Position numbers and translations under genes: made by a program. Below, piece after piece: positions 12,276 through 24,152 of a stretch of DNA of 64,000 bases; position 1 is the first letter of the stretch, and every line of letters starts with the position of its first letter. The stretch lies in NCBI RefSeq assembly GCF_050920415.1, contig NZ_CP169309.1, one strand, 5' to 3'. The notes under the pieces are model-generated. The model was not told the DNA's origin, did not search any database, and worked only from the letters and a program-made list of their open reading frames with translations. The stretch is from Escherichia coli. Lineage in GTDB: Bacteria; Pseudomonadota; Gammaproteobacteria; Enterobacterales; Enterobacteriaceae.

Positions 12276-12302
12276 CGGCGGGAAGTTATTCCCGCCTTTC
12301 TT
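12276..12302 (+). terminator. rho-independent terminator downstream of hokA
   Basis: GGCGGGAA-GTTA-TTCCCGCC hairpin followed by TTTCTT. Confidence 0.6.
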
Positions 12303-12456
12303 ACGGCGTTGCGCATTCTCATTGCACCCAAATTTATTCTTCACAAAAATAATAATAGATTTTATTACGCGAACGATTATTTATTTCCTGAATAAACAAA
12401 TAAAAAAATCCCCGCCATTTGGCAGGGATCTTAGATTCTGTGCTTTTAAGCAGAGA

Positions 12457-12669
12457 TTACAGGCTGGTTACGTTACCAGCTGCCGGGCCTTTAGCGCCGC
12501 TTTCGATGGTGAAGGACACTTTCTGACCTTCGTCCAGAGATTTGTAACCATCGTTCTGGATAGCAGAGAAGTGTACGAACACGTCTTTAGAACCATCGTC
12601 AGGAGTGATGAAGCCGAAGCCTTTGTCAGCGTTGAACCATTTTACGATACCAGTCATTTTACCGGACAT
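12457..12669 (-). CDS. cspA: major cold-shock protein CspA
   Basis: 70-aa [73 protein letters not shown]; cold-shock domain with RNP motifs. Confidence 0.97.
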
Positions 12670-12828
12670 AGTGTATTACCTTTAATAATTAATTGTGCCT
12701 TTCGGCGATATGGCGTGCTTTACAGATTTTGAAGCGTTAAAGGAAATGCACACTACGAGGGGTATCAACGATAACTCTTGAAGGGACTTGCCTTACTACA
12801 CTGCTTTAATGGTCTGTACGTCAAACCG
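12670..12828 (-). promoter_or_regulatory. long cspA 5' untranslated leader (cold-box containing)
   Basis: About 159 nt between the cspA start codon and a sequence whose reverse complement begins ACGGTTTGACGTACAGACC, matching the known cspA transcript 5' end from memory. Confidence 0.6.
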
Positions 12829-12950
12829 TTGAAGTGCATTAAGCCACGCATTGGTGGGTGATGCAACAATTATTTTTCATATTTATGATTAATCGGTTGG
12901 AAAACGGTCCTGTCATCAGGACCGTAAACAGCAATAAAGTGGATAAAAGT

Positions 12951-13241
12951 CTATTCCATCAACTGCTTACTTAACGCTGGGTTAGCTTGAATCAGACGCA
13001 TCAATTTTAGTTCGGCACTTGAAGGCTTAACGCGTCGGGATTCCCATTCCTTTACCATGGCGACGGTAACGCCCAAAACCCGAGCGAAATCATCGATTTT
13101 TAACCCCGTACCTTTACGTAACTGCTCAATCTCGGTACAGGACGTTGTTCTATGCGTCAGAGTAATCTTCTGCGTTTCATCTTTAAAAACAATCTGTTCC
13201 AGGCTGCTCAACAGCTCATGCATGGGATCTTTATATTCCAT
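12951..13241 (-). CDS. yiaG: HTH (XRE-like) DNA-binding protein YiaG
   Basis: 96-aa ORF with a helix-turn-helix segment (LRKGTGLKIDDFARVLGVTVAMVKEWE). Confidence 0.8.
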   Translation of the reverse strand: MEYKDPMHELLSSLEQIVFKDETQKITLTHRTTSCTEIEQLRKGTGLKIDDFARVLGVTVAMVKEWESRRVKPSSAELKLMRLIQANPALSKQLME

Positions 13242-13674
13242 TGAAAACTCCTCAAATCACACTGCGGGATCGTGAATTGCATCGAAGCTCATTAAGAATA
13301 GTCGGGAAAAGCAGACACAGCGGGAGTAAGGCAGGGCATGCTCTGCCTGTGATTCGATTCAGCCTTATACTTAGCGTGACTTATAGCGACCTAACGATCT
13401 GATAAATGCCGATATATCTTTTACCACTCCGGGATTGTAAAGATTTCGAAAATATGGCGTTCTGTAAAGACGTAAATCTCTGGCTAGAAAAAAGGCAACT
13501 GCAATGTCATTTTTTAACAATGAAACAACAAATTAACCTTGTTTCGTTTTCTCCATTATTTTACCAGGAAGATTACGTAGAAAGGGTATCCTGCAAGCCT
13601 GTCCTGGACTATCCTTGTCACGTCAGACACGCGTGTGTCGTTGTGCGCTTTTTTTGGGTGAAAGGAGTAAGAAA

Positions 13675-14385
13675 ATGGCGACAGGAAAGTCCTGCTCTCG
13701 CTGGTTTGCGCCTCTTGCGGCGTTATTAATGGTAGTTAGCCTGAGTGGGTGTTTTGATAAAGAAGGCGATCAGCGTAAAGCGTTTATCGACTTCCTGCAG
13801 AATACAGTGATGCGTAGCGGTGAACGTCTACCAACCCTGACTGCCGATCAGAAAAAACAGTTTGGTCCTTTTGTCTCTGATTACGCGATTCTGTATGGTT
13901 ATTCACAGCAGGTGAATCAGGCGATGGATTCCGGTCTGCGCCCGGTTGTAGACAGCGTTAACGCAATTCGCGTACCGCAGGATTACGTTACGCAAAGCGG
14001 CCCACTGCGTGAAATGAACGGTTCTCTGGGTGTGCTGGCGCAACAGCTGCAAAATGCGAAGTTGCAGGCCGATGCTGCGCACTCTGCGCTAAAACAGAGC
14101 GATGACCTGAAACCGGTCTTTGATCAGGCATTCACCAAAGTGGTAACGACGCCAGCTGATGCTTTGCAACCGTTGATTCCGGCGGCACAAACTTTCACGC
14201 AACAACTGGTGATGGTTGGAGACTACATTGCTCAGCAAGGTACTCAGGTGAGTTTTGTCGCAAATGGCATCCAGTTCCCGACTTCGCAGCAGGCAAGTGA
14301 ATATAACAAACTGATTGCGCCATTACCGGCACAGCATCAGGCGTTTAATCAGGCCTGGACTACAGCAGTCACTGCAACCCAATAA
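13675..14385 (+). CDS. yiaF: putative lipoprotein YiaF
   Basis: ORF 13615..14385; start chosen at MATGKSCSRWFAPLAALLMVVSLSGC (lipobox), 236 aa. Confidence 0.75.
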   Translation: MATGKSCSRWFAPLAALLMVVSLSGCFDKEGDQRKAFIDFLQNTVMRSGERLPTLTADQKKQFGPFVSDYAILYGYSQQVNQAMDSGLRPVVDSVNAIRVPQDYVTQSGPLREMNGSLGVLAQQLQNAKLQADAAHSALKQSDDLKPVFDQAFTKVVTTPADALQPLIPAAQTFTQQLVMVGDYIAQQGTQVSFVANGIQFPTSQQASEYNKLIAPLPAQHQAFNQAWTTAVTATQ

Positions 14386-14433
14386 AGAGTAAAAGCCCGA
14401 GCGATTATCGGGCTTTACTTCCCGCAGTCGCGG

Positions 14434-15408
14434 TTAGTCCGCGACGTGCGGATTCACACAGTTCTTCTCAACCTTTCCTTGTAACGCATCAATCAAGTTA
14501 TCCACGGCACAGGCAGCCATGTCATAACGCGTCTCATGAGTGGCTGAACCAATATGCGGTACCGCGACGACATTTGCCATTGAGAGCAACGGCGAATCTA
14601 CAGACAGTGGCTCTTGTTCGAAGACATCCAGCCCGGCGGCGTGAATTTCCCCTTTCTGCAATGCAGCAATCAGTGCATTTTCATCTACCACCGGGCCACG
14701 TCCGGCATTAATGAAAATGGCGGAGGATTTCATTTTGGCGAAATGTTCTGCGCCAAACAGATGATGCGTTTCATCAGTTAACGGCAGGATCAGGCAAACG
14801 AAATCTGACTCTTGTAACAGTGTATCCAAATCGCAGTAGCGGGCGTTGAAGCGTTCTTCTGCTTCTTTATGGTGGCGGCGCGCGTTATAGAGGATGGGCA
14901 TATTGAAGCCAAAGTGCGCACGTTGTGCCAGCGCCATGCCGATCCGTCCCATCCCGACAATGCCCAGTGTTTTATGGTGAACGTCAGTGCCGTACCAGTC
15001 CGGGCCTATGCTCGCGGTCCATTCGCCTGCTTTTACCCGTTCTGCTACCTCCACAACCCGACGAGCGGTAGACAACACCAGCGCCATCAGCGTATCGGCG
15101 ACGGTTTCTGTTAATACGGTTGGCGTGTGCATCAGCAGAATTTTTCGGGCGGTAAGCGCATCGACATCAAAATTGTCATAGCCTACGGAGATCGTTGAAG
15201 TGGCCCGCAGTTTTGGCATTTTTTCCAGTAATGCGGCGTCAACGTTTTCATTTGAACCCAGCAAGCCTTCGGCGTCGGCAAAAATTGCTGCATTTTGTTC
15301 GACGGTTTGTGGGCTGAGGTTTGCCACCTGATGAACGGTGAAATGCTCTTGCAGGCGTTGCAGTAAATCATCAGGTAAGGCTTTGTAGAGGATAACGGAC
15401 GGCTTCAT
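14434..15408 (-). CDS. ghrB: glyoxylate/hydroxypyruvate reductase B (2-ketoaldonate reductase)
   Basis: ORF 14434..15420; start at [16 protein letters not shown] (324 aa); D-isomer 2-hydroxyacid dehydrogenase with NAD-binding motif GIVGMGRIG. Confidence 0.9.
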   Translation of the reverse strand: MKPSVILYKALPDDLLQRLQEHFTVHQVANLSPQTVEQNAAIFADAEGLLGSNENVDAALLEKMPKLRATSTISVGYDNFDVDALTARKILLMHTPTVLTETVADTLMALVLSTARRVVEVAERVKAGEWTASIGPDWYGTDVHHKTLGIVGMGRIGMALAQRAHFGFNMPILYNARRHHKEAEERFNARYCDLDTLLQESDFVCLILPLTDETHHLFGAEHFAKMKSSAIFINAGRGPVVDENALIAALQKGEIHAAGLDVFEQEPLSVDSPLLSMANVVAVPHIGSATHETRYDMAACAVDNLIDALQGKVEKNCVNPHVAD

Positions 15409-15511
15409 TCTTCTCTCCATTCACTGATAAGGCGATCACCTTAGCCTGAAATATGATGAAGGAAAACTGAAGAATGCCAGGTGATTTTTGCATCACCTGG
15501 CATGAAAGGGA

Positions 15512-16171
15512 TTACAGCGGGCTTAAGGTAATTTCTACACGGCGGTTTTGCGCCTTACCTTCTGCGGTGCTGTTGCTGGCGATTGGGTTAGCCGGGCCAA
15601 GGCCCTGAGTACGGATGCGGCTGGCGTCCACGCCCTGGGTGATCAACGCGCTGGCAACAGAATCCGCACGCTGCTGGGAGAGACGCATGTTCAGGTCGTG
15701 ACCACCCGTGCTGTCGGTATAACCAATCACGTTAACCGCCGTTTTCGGATACTCTTTCAGCACCATTGCCACGCCGGTTAGGGTGTTAGCGCCTGCCGGT
15801 TTCAGGGTCGCGCTGCTGCTGTCGAAGGTTACATTGTTCGGCATATTGAGGATAATGTTATCCCCGCTGCGGGTTACGCTAACACCAGTGCCGCGCATTT
15901 TGTCACGTAGCTTCGCTTCCTGCACATCCATGTAATAACCAACGCCGCCGCCCAGAGCTGCACCCGCTGCTGCGCCAATCAGCGCGCCTTTACCGCGATC
16001 TTTCTTCGAAGAAGAGAGCGCACCAATACCCGCGCCAACGAGAGAGCCCAGACCTGCACCGATAGCAGATTTACCTGCTTCGCGTTCACCTGTGTAAGGG
16101 TTAGTGGTGCAGCCAGATACCGCCAGAGCGCCACTCACTACGGCGGCAATAAGATAAACACGTTTCTTCAT
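15512..16171 (-). CDS. yiaD: OmpA-domain lipoprotein YiaD
   Basis: 219-aa ORF with lipoprotein signal peptide (LAVSGCTT), Gly-rich linker and C-terminal OmpA-like peptidoglycan-binding domain. Confidence 0.85.
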   Translation of the reverse strand: MKKRVYLIAAVVSGALAVSGCTTNPYTGEREAGKSAIGAGLGSLVGAGIGALSSSKKDRGKGALIGAAAGAALGGGVGYYMDVQEAKLRDKMRGTGVSVTRSGDNIILNMPNNVTFDSSSATLKPAGANTLTGVAMVLKEYPKTAVNVIGYTDSTGGHDLNMRLSQQRADSVASALITQGVDASRIRTQGLGPANPIASNSTAEGKAQNRRVEITLSPL

Positions 16172-16323
16172 TGTTAATCCTTAATAACCTTTTTATTCTT
16201 TGCCACGGGTTCCGTGGCGGGAGATTATGCCGCGTGAACATGAAGATTATTCCTGGGAATACTCGGAAATTTGTAAGTAATATTTAACTGCTCAATACAT
16301 CTAATCTTTCAGGAGCCTTCGGT

Positions 16324-18657
16324 TTGGCCAACTCATCCTCACGTTATTCTGTTCTTACTGCCGCTCACTGGGGGCCCATGCTGGTTGAAACCGACGGCGA
16401 AACCGTGTTTAGCTCGCGTGGCGCGTTAGTCACAGAAATGAAAAACTCCTTGCAGAGTGCGGTTCGCGACCAGGTTCACAGCAAAACACGGGTACGATTT
16501 CCAATGGTGCGCAAGGGCTTTCTCGCGTCACCGGAAAACCCGCAAGGCATTCGTGGGCAGGATGAATTTGTTCGCGTGAGTTGGGATGAGGCGCTGGATC
16601 TCATCCATCATCAACATAAACGCATTCGTGAGGCTTATGGTCCGGCATCGATTTTTGCTGGTTCCTACGGCTGGCGTTCAAACGGCGTGCTGCATAAGGC
16701 CTCGACATTATTACAACGCTATATGGCGCTGGCAGGCGGTTATACCGGGCATCTGGGGGATTATTCGACCGGTGCAGCACAGGCGATCATGCCGTATGTC
16801 GTGGGGGGCAGCGAAGTTTATCAACAGCAAACCAGTTGGCCGTTGGTATTGGAACATAGCGATGTCGTGGTGCTATGGAGTGCTAACCCACTCAATACGC
16901 TGAAAATTGCGTGGAATGCATCCGATGAGCAGGGGCTTTCTTACTTTTCCGCACTGCGTGACAGCGGGAAAAAGCTGATCTGCATTGATCCAATGCGATC
17001 GGAAACCGTCGATTTCTTTGGCGATAAAATGGAGTGGGTGGCACCGCACATGGGCACCGATGTTGCGCTGATGCTGGGGATCGCCCATACGCTGGTGGAA
17101 AATGGCTGGCACGACGAAGCGTTTCTGGCGCGTTGCACCACAGGTTATGACGTCTTCGCCTCTTATTTGCTGGGCGAGAGTGACGGAATAGCGAAAAATG
17201 CCGAATGGGCGGCAGAGATTTGTGGGATTAACGCAGAGAAAATCCGCGAACTGGCGGCTATTTTTCATCAAAATACCACCATGCTGATGGCTGGCTGGGG
17301 AATGCAGCGCCAGCAGTTTGGTGAGCAAAAACACTGGATGATCGTCACCCTGGCAGCAATGTTAGGGCAAATCGGCACGCCTGGCGGGGGCTTTGGTCTT
17401 TCTTACCATTTTGCCAATGGTGGTAACCCTACGCGCCGCGCTGCGGTGCTTTCATCTATGCATGGCAGCTTGCCAGGTGGCACCGATGCGGTAGATAAAA
17501 TCCCTGTAGCCCGTATTGTTGAAGCTCTGGAAAACCCTGGCGGTGCATACCAACACAATGGCATGAACCGTCACTTCCCGGATATTCGTTTTATCTGGTG
17601 GGCGGGCGGCGCCAACTTTACTCATCATCAGGATACCAATCGTCTGATTCGTGCCTGGCAAAAACCGGAGCTGGTGGTGATCTCCGAATGCTTCTGGACG
17701 GCAGCGGCGAAACACGCCGATATCGTCCTCCCTGCAACCACCTCGTTTGAGCGTAATGACCTCACCATGACCGGCGATTACAGTAATCAGCATCTGGTGC
17801 CGATGAAGCAAGTGGTGCCTCCACGTTATGAAGCGCGTAATGATTTTGATGTCTTTGCCGAGTTGAGTGAACGTTGGGAGAAGGGCGGCTGTGCGCGGTT
17901 TACGGAAGGAAAAAGTGAGCTGCAATGGCTGGAAACGTTTTATAACGTTGCACGGCAGCGCGGGGCAAGCCAGCAGGTTGAATTGCCGCCATTTGCTGAG
18001 TTCTGGGAAGCCAACCAGTTAATTGAGATGCCGGAAAACCCGGACAGCGAGCGGTTTATTCGCTTCGCCGATTTTCGCCGCGATCCGCAGGCGCATCCAT
18101 TAAAAACCGCCAGCGGCAAGATTGAAATCTTCTCGCAGCGTATTGCCGATTACGCTTATCCGGATTGCCCTGGGCATCCAATGTGGCTGGAGCCGGACGA
18201 ATGGCAGGGCAATGCCGAACCGGAACAGTTGCAGGTACTTTCTGCTCATCCGGCACATCGTCTGCACAGCCAGCTGAATTACAGTTCTCTGCGCGAATTG
18301 TACGCGGTGGCAAATCGTGAGCCTGTCACCATTCATCCTGACGATGCCCAGGCGCGCGGCATACAAGATGGCGATATTGTTCGGTTGTGGAACGCACGCG
18401 GGCAAATTCTTGCCGGAGCGGTCATTAGTGAGGGAATTAAACCTGGCGTGATTTGCATTCATGAAGGGGCATGGCCGGATCTGGATTTAACCGCTGACGG
18501 TATTTGTAAAAACGGCGCGGTGAACGTTCTGACCAAAGATCTCCCCAGCTCGCGGCTGGGGAATGGCTGTGCGGGTAATACGGCGCTGGCATGGCTGGAA
18601 AAATACAACGGTCCGGAACTGACACTTACAGCGTTTGAACCACCGGCCAGCTCATAA
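16324..18657 (+). CDS. bisC: biotin sulfoxide reductase (molybdopterin oxidoreductase)
   Basis: 777-aa ORF, molybdopterin-dependent oxidoreductase family; position between yiaD and yiaC. Confidence 0.88.
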   Translation: MANSSSRYSVLTAAHWGPMLVETDGETVFSSRGALVTEMKNSLQSAVRDQVHSKTRVRFPMVRKGFLASPENPQGIRGQDEFVRVSWDEALDLIHHQHKRIREAYGPASIFAGSYGWRSNGVLHKASTLLQRYMALAGGYTGHLGDYSTGAAQAIMPYVVGGSEVYQQQTSWPLVLEHSDVVVLWSANPLNTLKIAWNASDEQGLSYFSALRDSGKKLICIDPMRSETVDFFGDKMEWVAPHMGTDVALMLGIAHTLVENGWHDEAFLARCTTGYDVFASYLLGESDGIAKNAEWAAEICGINAEKIRELAAIFHQNTTMLMAGWGMQRQQFGEQKHWMIVTLAAMLGQIGTPGGGFGLSYHFANGGNPTRRAAVLSSMHGSLPGGTDAVDKIPVARIVEALENPGGAYQHNGMNRHFPDIRFIWWAGGANFTHHQDTNRLIRAWQKPELVVISECFWTAAAKHADIVLPATTSFERNDLTMTGDYSNQHLVPMKQVVPPRYEARNDFDVFAELSERWEKGGCARFTEGKSELQWLETFYNVARQRGASQQVELPPFAEFWEANQLIEMPENPDSERFIRFADFRRDPQAHPLKTASGKIEIFSQRIADYAYPDCPGHPMWLEPDEWQGNAEPEQLQVLSAHPAHRLHSQLNYSSLRELYAVANREPVTIHPDDAQARGIQDGDIVRLWNARGQILAGAVISEGIKPGVICIHEGAWPDLDLTADGICKNGAVNVLTKDLPSSRLGNGCAGNTALAWLEKYNGPELTLTAFEPPASS

Positions 18658-19066
18658 TCCAGGTGGGTAGTTGGGTTTCATCCTGCCATGCGCAGTCGAC
18701 AATGTGAAAACCCTGCGCATGGTAAAAATCTATCGCCGGTTGATTTTTTTGATAAACCTCCAGCATCAGATGGGGATGGCGCTGCTGCACATACTGCATT
18801 AGCGCCTTACCAATACCGCGTCTGACGGCCTTCGGTGCGACAAACATTGCAGCCAGAAATCGGCCTTCCATAATGCTGACAAAACCGAGAAGCTTACCGT
18901 CTTCTTCCCAGACCCAGTTTTGCGCGTTGGCAAGATAGGCATCCCGCACCAGCGGAATGCAATCACGCCAGTAATTCGCTTTTATAAAGGGATGCCCCCA
19001 GGTTGTACTTTCCAGCCACAATTCGAGGATCGCGGGGAGTTCTGAACGTTGCGCTTCCCGAATCAT
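18626..19066 (-). CDS. yiaC: GNAT family N-acetyltransferase YiaC
   Basis: 146-aa ORF with acetyl-CoA binding motif ([11 protein letters not shown]); overlaps the bisC 3' end and tag. Confidence 0.8.
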   Translation of the reverse strand: MIREAQRSELPAILELWLESTTWGHPFIKANYWRDCIPLVRDAYLANAQNWVWEEDGKLLGFVSIMEGRFLAAMFVAPKAVRRGIGKALMQYVQQRHPHLMLEVYQKNQPAIDFYHAQGFHIVDCAWQDETQLPTWIMSWPVVQTL

Positions 19067-19626
19067 GGTTTATTTCCCGGATAGCAACAGCAGCCAACCA
19101 CATGATCATTCACCAGCCCACATGCCTGCATAAAGGAGTAACAGATTGTGGTACCAACAAACTTAAAACCACGCTTTTTCAGGGCTTTAGATAGAGCGTC
19201 GGAGGCGGGCGTAGATGTAGGGATTTCGCTCAACGTTGTGGCTTGTGTCACCTGTGGTTGATGATTGACAAACGACCAAACAAAGTCGGCAAACGGTTCG
19301 CCGTTCTGTTCCATTTGCAGGTACGCCCGCGCATTACCAATAATTGCCTGAATTTTCCCGCGATGGCGGATAATCCCGGCGTCCTGTACCAGTCTTTCGA
19401 CGTCCTCTTCCTGCATTGCTGCGACTTTCATCGGATCGAACTGATGAAAGCAGGCGCGATAGTTTTCGCGTTTTTTGAGGACGGTGATCCACGATAACCC
19501 TGCTTGTTGCCCTTCAAGGCAGATCATTTCGAACAGTTTTTTACTGTCAGTTTCAGGCACGCCCCACTCATTATCATGGTAGGCAATATAAAGCGGGTCC
19601 TGACTCACCCAGCCGCAACGTTCCAT
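19063..19626 (-). CDS. tag: 3-methyladenine DNA glycosylase I
   Basis: ORF 19063..19863; start chosen at MERCGWVSQDPLYIAYHDNEWGVPE (187 aa) with C-terminal zinc-binding cysteines. Confidence 0.88.
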   Translation of the reverse strand: MERCGWVSQDPLYIAYHDNEWGVPETDSKKLFEMICLEGQQAGLSWITVLKKRENYRACFHQFDPMKVAAMQEEDVERLVQDAGIIRHRGKIQAIIGNARAYLQMEQNGEPFADFVWSFVNHQPQVTQATTLSEIPTSTPASDALSKALKKRGFKFVGTTICYSFMQACGLVNDHVVGCCCYPGNKP

Positions 19627-19777
19627 ACTTTCCCTCGCTATGTACCCGATCGTAAAAATTTCAGCCGCTTTTCTTGACGCATCGGTGAAAAAGTCAATAT
19701 TTAATACAGGGCTACTATGCCCGATATCCTTCATACAATGACAATAATATTGCCGAATTCGGCTCTTCCCTGGAGTC

Positions 19778-20482
19778 GTGTTAATGATCATAAAAAAAAG
19801 CGGTGGTCGCTGGCAGTTAAGCCTGCTGGCGAGCGTGGTAATCAGTGCCTTTTTTCTCAACACAGCTTACGCCTGGCAACAAGAATATATCGTTGATACG
19901 CAACCCGGACATTCCACAGAGCGCTACACCTGGGATAGCGATCATCAACCTGATTACAACGATATTCTGTCGCAACGTATTCAAAGTAGCCAAAGGGCGC
20001 AGGGACTGGAAGTCAATCTGGCGGAAGAAACCCCTGTGGATGTGACCAGCAGTATGAGTATGGGCTGGAATTTTCCTTTATATGAACAGGTTACAACCGG
20101 CCCGGTCGCGGCATTACATTACGATGGTACAACCACCTCGATGTATAACGAGTTTGGCGACAGTACTACTACACTGACTGATCCGTTATGGCATGCCAGC
20201 GTGAGTACCTTAGGCTGGCGTGTTGACTCCCGGCTTGGCGATCTCCGACCCTGGGCGCAAATCAGCTATAACCAGCAATTTGGCGAGAATATCTGGAAGG
20301 CGCAATCAGGCTTAAGCCGGATGACGGCGACAAACCAGAACGGCAACTGGCTGGATGTCACGGTAGGTGCTGATATGTTGCTCAATCAAAATATTGCCGC
20401 CTACGCTGCGTTATCTCAGGCAGAAAATACCACGAACAATAATGACTATCTGTATACGATGGGGGTTAGTGCCAGATTTTAA
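19778..20482 (+). CDS. yhjY: putative outer-membrane protein YhjY (autotransporter beta-domain-like)
   Basis: 234-aa ORF with N-terminal signal peptide and C-terminal aromatic residue (ends VSARF) typical of outer-membrane beta-barrels; exact start uncertain. Confidence 0.7.
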   Translation: MLMIIKKSGGRWQLSLLASVVISAFFLNTAYAWQQEYIVDTQPGHSTERYTWDSDHQPDYNDILSQRIQSSQRAQGLEVNLAEETPVDVTSSMSMGWNFPLYEQVTTGPVAALHYDGTTTSMYNEFGDSTTTLTDPLWHASVSTLGWRVDSRLGDLRPWAQISYNQQFGENIWKAQSGLSRMTATNQNGNWLDVTVGADMLLNQNIAAYAALSQAENTTNNNDYLYTMGVSARF

Positions 20483-20596
20483 CGTTATAGATACAATTGA
20501 AACCCATAAATAACAACTAATGTGGCGATAGTGGGGACTAACTTACTAAATAATAAATTTGGTGAATAATTGTCGAGTCATTCATTCCTGAACTAA

Positions 20597-20627
20597 TGCA
20601 TTTCATTCCGTTCTGATGGCATTTCAT
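20597..20627 (+). promoter_or_regulatory. direct repeat GCATTTCAT-N11-GGCATTTCAT upstream of yhjX (candidate YpdB/LytTR binding site)
   Basis: Two near-identical 9-10 bp direct repeats separated by 11 bp, about 85 bp upstream of the yhjX start codon. Confidence 0.5.
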
Positions 20628-20710
20628 GCCGTTTTTCCCCAGGCATAAAGTGCACTTCGTTATGGTTGTCGGCAGAGATTTTTCCTTTTTATTACTGCAG
20701 GAATACTGCC

Positions 20711-21919
20711 ATGACACCTTCAAATTATCAGCGTACTCGCTGGCTGACACTCATCGGTACTATCATTACCCAGTTTGCCCTGGGGTCGGTTTATACCTGG
20801 AGTCTGTTTAACGGCGCGCTTTCTGCCAAGCTGGGGGCTCCGGTAAGCCAGGTTGCTTTCTCTTTCGGCTTGTTAAGTCTGGGGCTGGCAATTTCGTCTT
20901 CTGTTGCGGGCAAATTGCAAGAACGTTTTGGTGTTAAACGCGTCACTATGGCTTCCGGCATTTTGCTGGGATTAGGTTTCTTCCTGACAGCACATTCCAA
21001 CAACCTGATGATGCTGTGGTTAAGCGCCGGTGTGTTGGTTGGTCTGGCGGATGGTGCGGGCTACCTGCTGACGCTCTCAAACTGCGTGAAGTGGTTCCCG
21101 GAGCGTAAGGGACTCATCTCTGCTTTCGCTATTGGTTCTTATGGACTTGGTAGTCTGGGTTTCAAATTTATCGATACGCAACTGTTGGAAACGGTCGGTC
21201 TGGAAAAAACCTTTGTTATTTGGGGCGCGATTGTACTGGTGATGATTGTCTTTGGCGCAACATTAATGAAAGATGCGCCGAAGCAGGAAGTGAAAACCAG
21301 CAATGGTGTGGTGGAGAAGGATTACACGCTGGCAGAGTCGATGCGTAAACCGCAGTACTGGATGTTAGCAGTTATGTTCCTGACCGCCTGCATGAGTGGC
21401 CTGTATGTGATTGGCGTGGCGAAAGATATCGCTCAAAGTCTGGCGCATCTTGATGCAATTTCCGCAGCCAATGCTGTGACGGTTATTTCCATCGCCAACC
21501 TTTCTGGTCGTCTGGTGCTGGGCATTCTGTCTGACAAAATCGCCCGTATCCGTGTTATCACCATTGGTCAGGTCATTTCGCTGGTGGGCATGGCGGCCCT
21601 GCTGTTTGCACCATTGAATGCAGTGACGTTCTTTGCAGCGATTGCCTGCGTGGCATTTAACTTCGGCGGCACTATCACGGTGTTCCCGTCACTGGTCAGT
21701 GAGTTCTTCGGCCTAAATAATCTGGCAAAAAACTACGGTGTGATTTACCTCGGTTTCGGTATCGGCAGCATTTGTGGTTCGATTATCGCTTCACTGTTTG
21801 GCGGATTCTATGTGACTTTCTACGTGATTTTCGCCCTGCTGATTCTGTCACTGGCGCTTTCTACGACGATTCGCCAGCCAGAGCAGAAAATGTTGCGTGA
21901 GGCGCATGGCTCCCTTTAA
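20711..21919 (+). CDS. yhjX: MFS transporter YhjX (oxalate/formate antiporter family)
   Basis: ORF 20666..21919; start chosen at MTPSNYQRTRWLTLIG (402 aa); 12-TM MFS profile. Confidence 0.9.
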   Translation: MTPSNYQRTRWLTLIGTIITQFALGSVYTWSLFNGALSAKLGAPVSQVAFSFGLLSLGLAISSSVAGKLQERFGVKRVTMASGILLGLGFFLTAHSNNLMMLWLSAGVLVGLADGAGYLLTLSNCVKWFPERKGLISAFAIGSYGLGSLGFKFIDTQLLETVGLEKTFVIWGAIVLVMIVFGATLMKDAPKQEVKTSNGVVEKDYTLAESMRKPQYWMLAVMFLTACMSGLYVIGVAKDIAQSLAHLDAISAANAVTVISIANLSGRLVLGILSDKIARIRVITIGQVISLVGMAALLFAPLNAVTFFAAIACVAFNFGGTITVFPSLVSEFFGLNNLAKNYGVIYLGFGIGSICGSIIASLFGGFYVTFYVIFALLILSLALSTTIRQPEQKMLREAHGSL

Positions 21920-22242
21920 TGACCTGCCGCGAGCTACTGGGCTTTAGCCTTAGTGTGAATCAAACGCTTCAACGCAATGTATAAACAATGACGCGTAAAA
22001 TTTGGGCCAGTGAACTGGCCCTTTTTACTGCTTTTTGTAACGCTAAAGTCTCTTTTCAAACTTGCATTTTTGTAAATTTGTGCTTCATGCACACTCTTTC
22101 CCCACACTTTTTCCCTTTGCTGTGGTCTACTTATTCGCGCGTGTAGATTTTACTTATCTGACTACCTCCGCACTTTTCCCCTGCCGGGCCTGAAAAGCCA
22201 CTAAGCAGGGTGTTATCACCTGTTTGTCCAGGGTTTGTTTGC

Positions 22243-23934
22243 ATGAGATACATCAAATCGATTACACAGCAGAAGCTGAGCTTTTTGCTTGCAATCTATA
22301 TTGGCCTTTTTATGAATGGCGCGGTTTTTTACCGCCGCTTCGGCAGCTATGCGCACGATTTTACCGTCTGGAAAGGCGTTTCTGCTGTTGTTGAACTGGT
22401 CGCTACCGTACTGGTGACCTTCTTTTTACTGCGTCTGCTTTCGCTGTTTGGCCGCCGCAGCTGGCGAATTCTGGCATCGCTGGTGGTGCTCTTTTCTGCA
22501 GGTGCCAGCTATTACATGACTTTCCTTAATGTGGTCATTGGTTATGGCATCATCGCATCCGTCATGACCACCGATATCGATCTGTCAAAAGAAGTTGTTG
22601 GTCTGAACTTTATTCTCTGGTTAATCGCCGTAAGCGCATTACCTCTTATCCTTATCTGGAATAACCGCTGTCGCTACACCTTGCTCCGACAACTGCGAAC
22701 CCCAGGGCAACGTATTCGGAGTCTGGCGGTCGTCGTACTGGCAGGTATTATGGTTTGGGCACCGATTCGTTTGCTGGATATCCAGCAGAAGAAAGTGGAG
22801 AGGGCGACAGGTGTTGATTTGCCGAGTTATGGTGGCGTTGTCGCGAACTCTTATCTGCCATCAAACTGGCTTTCGGCGTTAGGTCTTTATGCCTGGGCGC
22901 GGGTCGATGAATCTTCCGATAACAATTCTCTCCTTAACCCTGCGAAGAAGTTTACGTACCAGGCTCCACAAAACGTTGATGATACATATGTCGTTTTCAT
23001 TATTGGTGAAACCACGCGCTGGGATCATATGGGCATTTTCGGCTATGAACGCAATACCACACCGAAACTGGCTCAGGAGAAAAATCTGGCGGCGTTTCGT
23101 GGCTATTCTTGTGACACGGCGACCAAACTTTCTCTGCGTTGCATGTTTGTGCGTCAGGGTGGAGCAGAAGATAATCCGCAGCGCACATTAAAAGAACAGA
23201 ACATTTTCGCGGTATTGAAGCAGTTAGGATTCAGTTCTGATCTCTACGCTATGCAAAGCGAAATGTGGTTCTACAGCAACACGATGGCAGACAACATTGC
23301 TTATCGTGAGCAGATTGGTGCGGAGCCACGTAACCGTGGCAAGCCGGTAGATGATATGTTGCTGGTAGACGAAATGCAGCAATCGCTGGGGCGCAACCCG
23401 GATGGCAAGCATCTGATCATTTTGCATACCAAAGGTTCGCACTTTAACTACACCCAGCGTTACCCGCGCAGCTTTGCGCAGTGGAAGCCGGAATGTATTG
23501 GTGTTGATAGCGGCTGTACCAAAGCGCAGATGATCAACTCCTATGACAACTCGGTGACCTATGTGGATCACTTTATCTCCAGCGTGATTGATCAGGTTCG
23601 CGATAAGAAAGCGATTGTGTTCTACGCAGCTGACCACGGTGAGTCAATTAACGAACGCGAGCACCTGCACGGCACACCGCGTGAACTGGCACCGCCGGAG
23701 CAGTTCCGCGTACCGATGATGGTCTGGATGTCGGATAAATATCTGGAAAATCCAGCCAACGCGCAGGCATTTGCGCAGTTGAAAAAAGAAGCTGATATGA
23801 AAGTGCCACGCCGTCACGTAGAGCTGTACGACACCATCATGGGTTGTCTTGGCTATACTTCACCGGACGGTGGTATTAACGAAAACAACAACTGGTGTCA
23901 CATCCCGCAGGCGAAAGAGGTCGTGGCTAACTAA
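22243..23934 (+). CDS. eptB: Kdo2-lipid A phosphoethanolamine transferase EptB
   Basis: ORF 22210..23934; start chosen at [16 protein letters not shown] (563 aa); N-terminal TM helices plus sulfatase-like domain. Confidence 0.85.
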   Translation: MRYIKSITQQKLSFLLAIYIGLFMNGAVFYRRFGSYAHDFTVWKGVSAVVELVATVLVTFFLLRLLSLFGRRSWRILASLVVLFSAGASYYMTFLNVVIGYGIIASVMTTDIDLSKEVVGLNFILWLIAVSALPLILIWNNRCRYTLLRQLRTPGQRIRSLAVVVLAGIMVWAPIRLLDIQQKKVERATGVDLPSYGGVVANSYLPSNWLSALGLYAWARVDESSDNNSLLNPAKKFTYQAPQNVDDTYVVFIIGETTRWDHMGIFGYERNTTPKLAQEKNLAAFRGYSCDTATKLSLRCMFVRQGGAEDNPQRTLKEQNIFAVLKQLGFSSDLYAMQSEMWFYSNTMADNIAYREQIGAEPRNRGKPVDDMLLVDEMQQSLGRNPDGKHLIILHTKGSHFNYTQRYPRSFAQWKPECIGVDSGCTKAQMINSYDNSVTYVDHFISSVIDQVRDKKAIVFYAADHGESINEREHLHGTPRELAPPEQFRVPMMVWMSDKYLENPANAQAFAQLKKEADMKVPRRHVELYDTIMGCLGYTSPDGGINENNNWCHIPQAKEVVAN

Positions 23935-24025
23935 GAGGCCTGCTGACTTTCTCGCCGATCAAAAGGCATTTTGCTATTAAGGGATTGACGAGGGCGTATC
24001 TGCGCAGTAAGATGCGCCCCGCATT

Positions 24026-24102
<77 letters not shown>

Positions 24103-24108
24103 AATTCG

Positions 24109-24137
24109 AAAAGCCTGCTCAGCGAGCAGGCTTTTTT
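24109..24137 (+). terminator. rho-independent terminator after tRNA-Pro
   Basis: AGCCTGCTC-AGCG-AGCAGGCT hairpin followed by TTTTTT. Confidence 0.7.
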
Positions 24138-24152
24138 GCATTTGAAGCCCAT

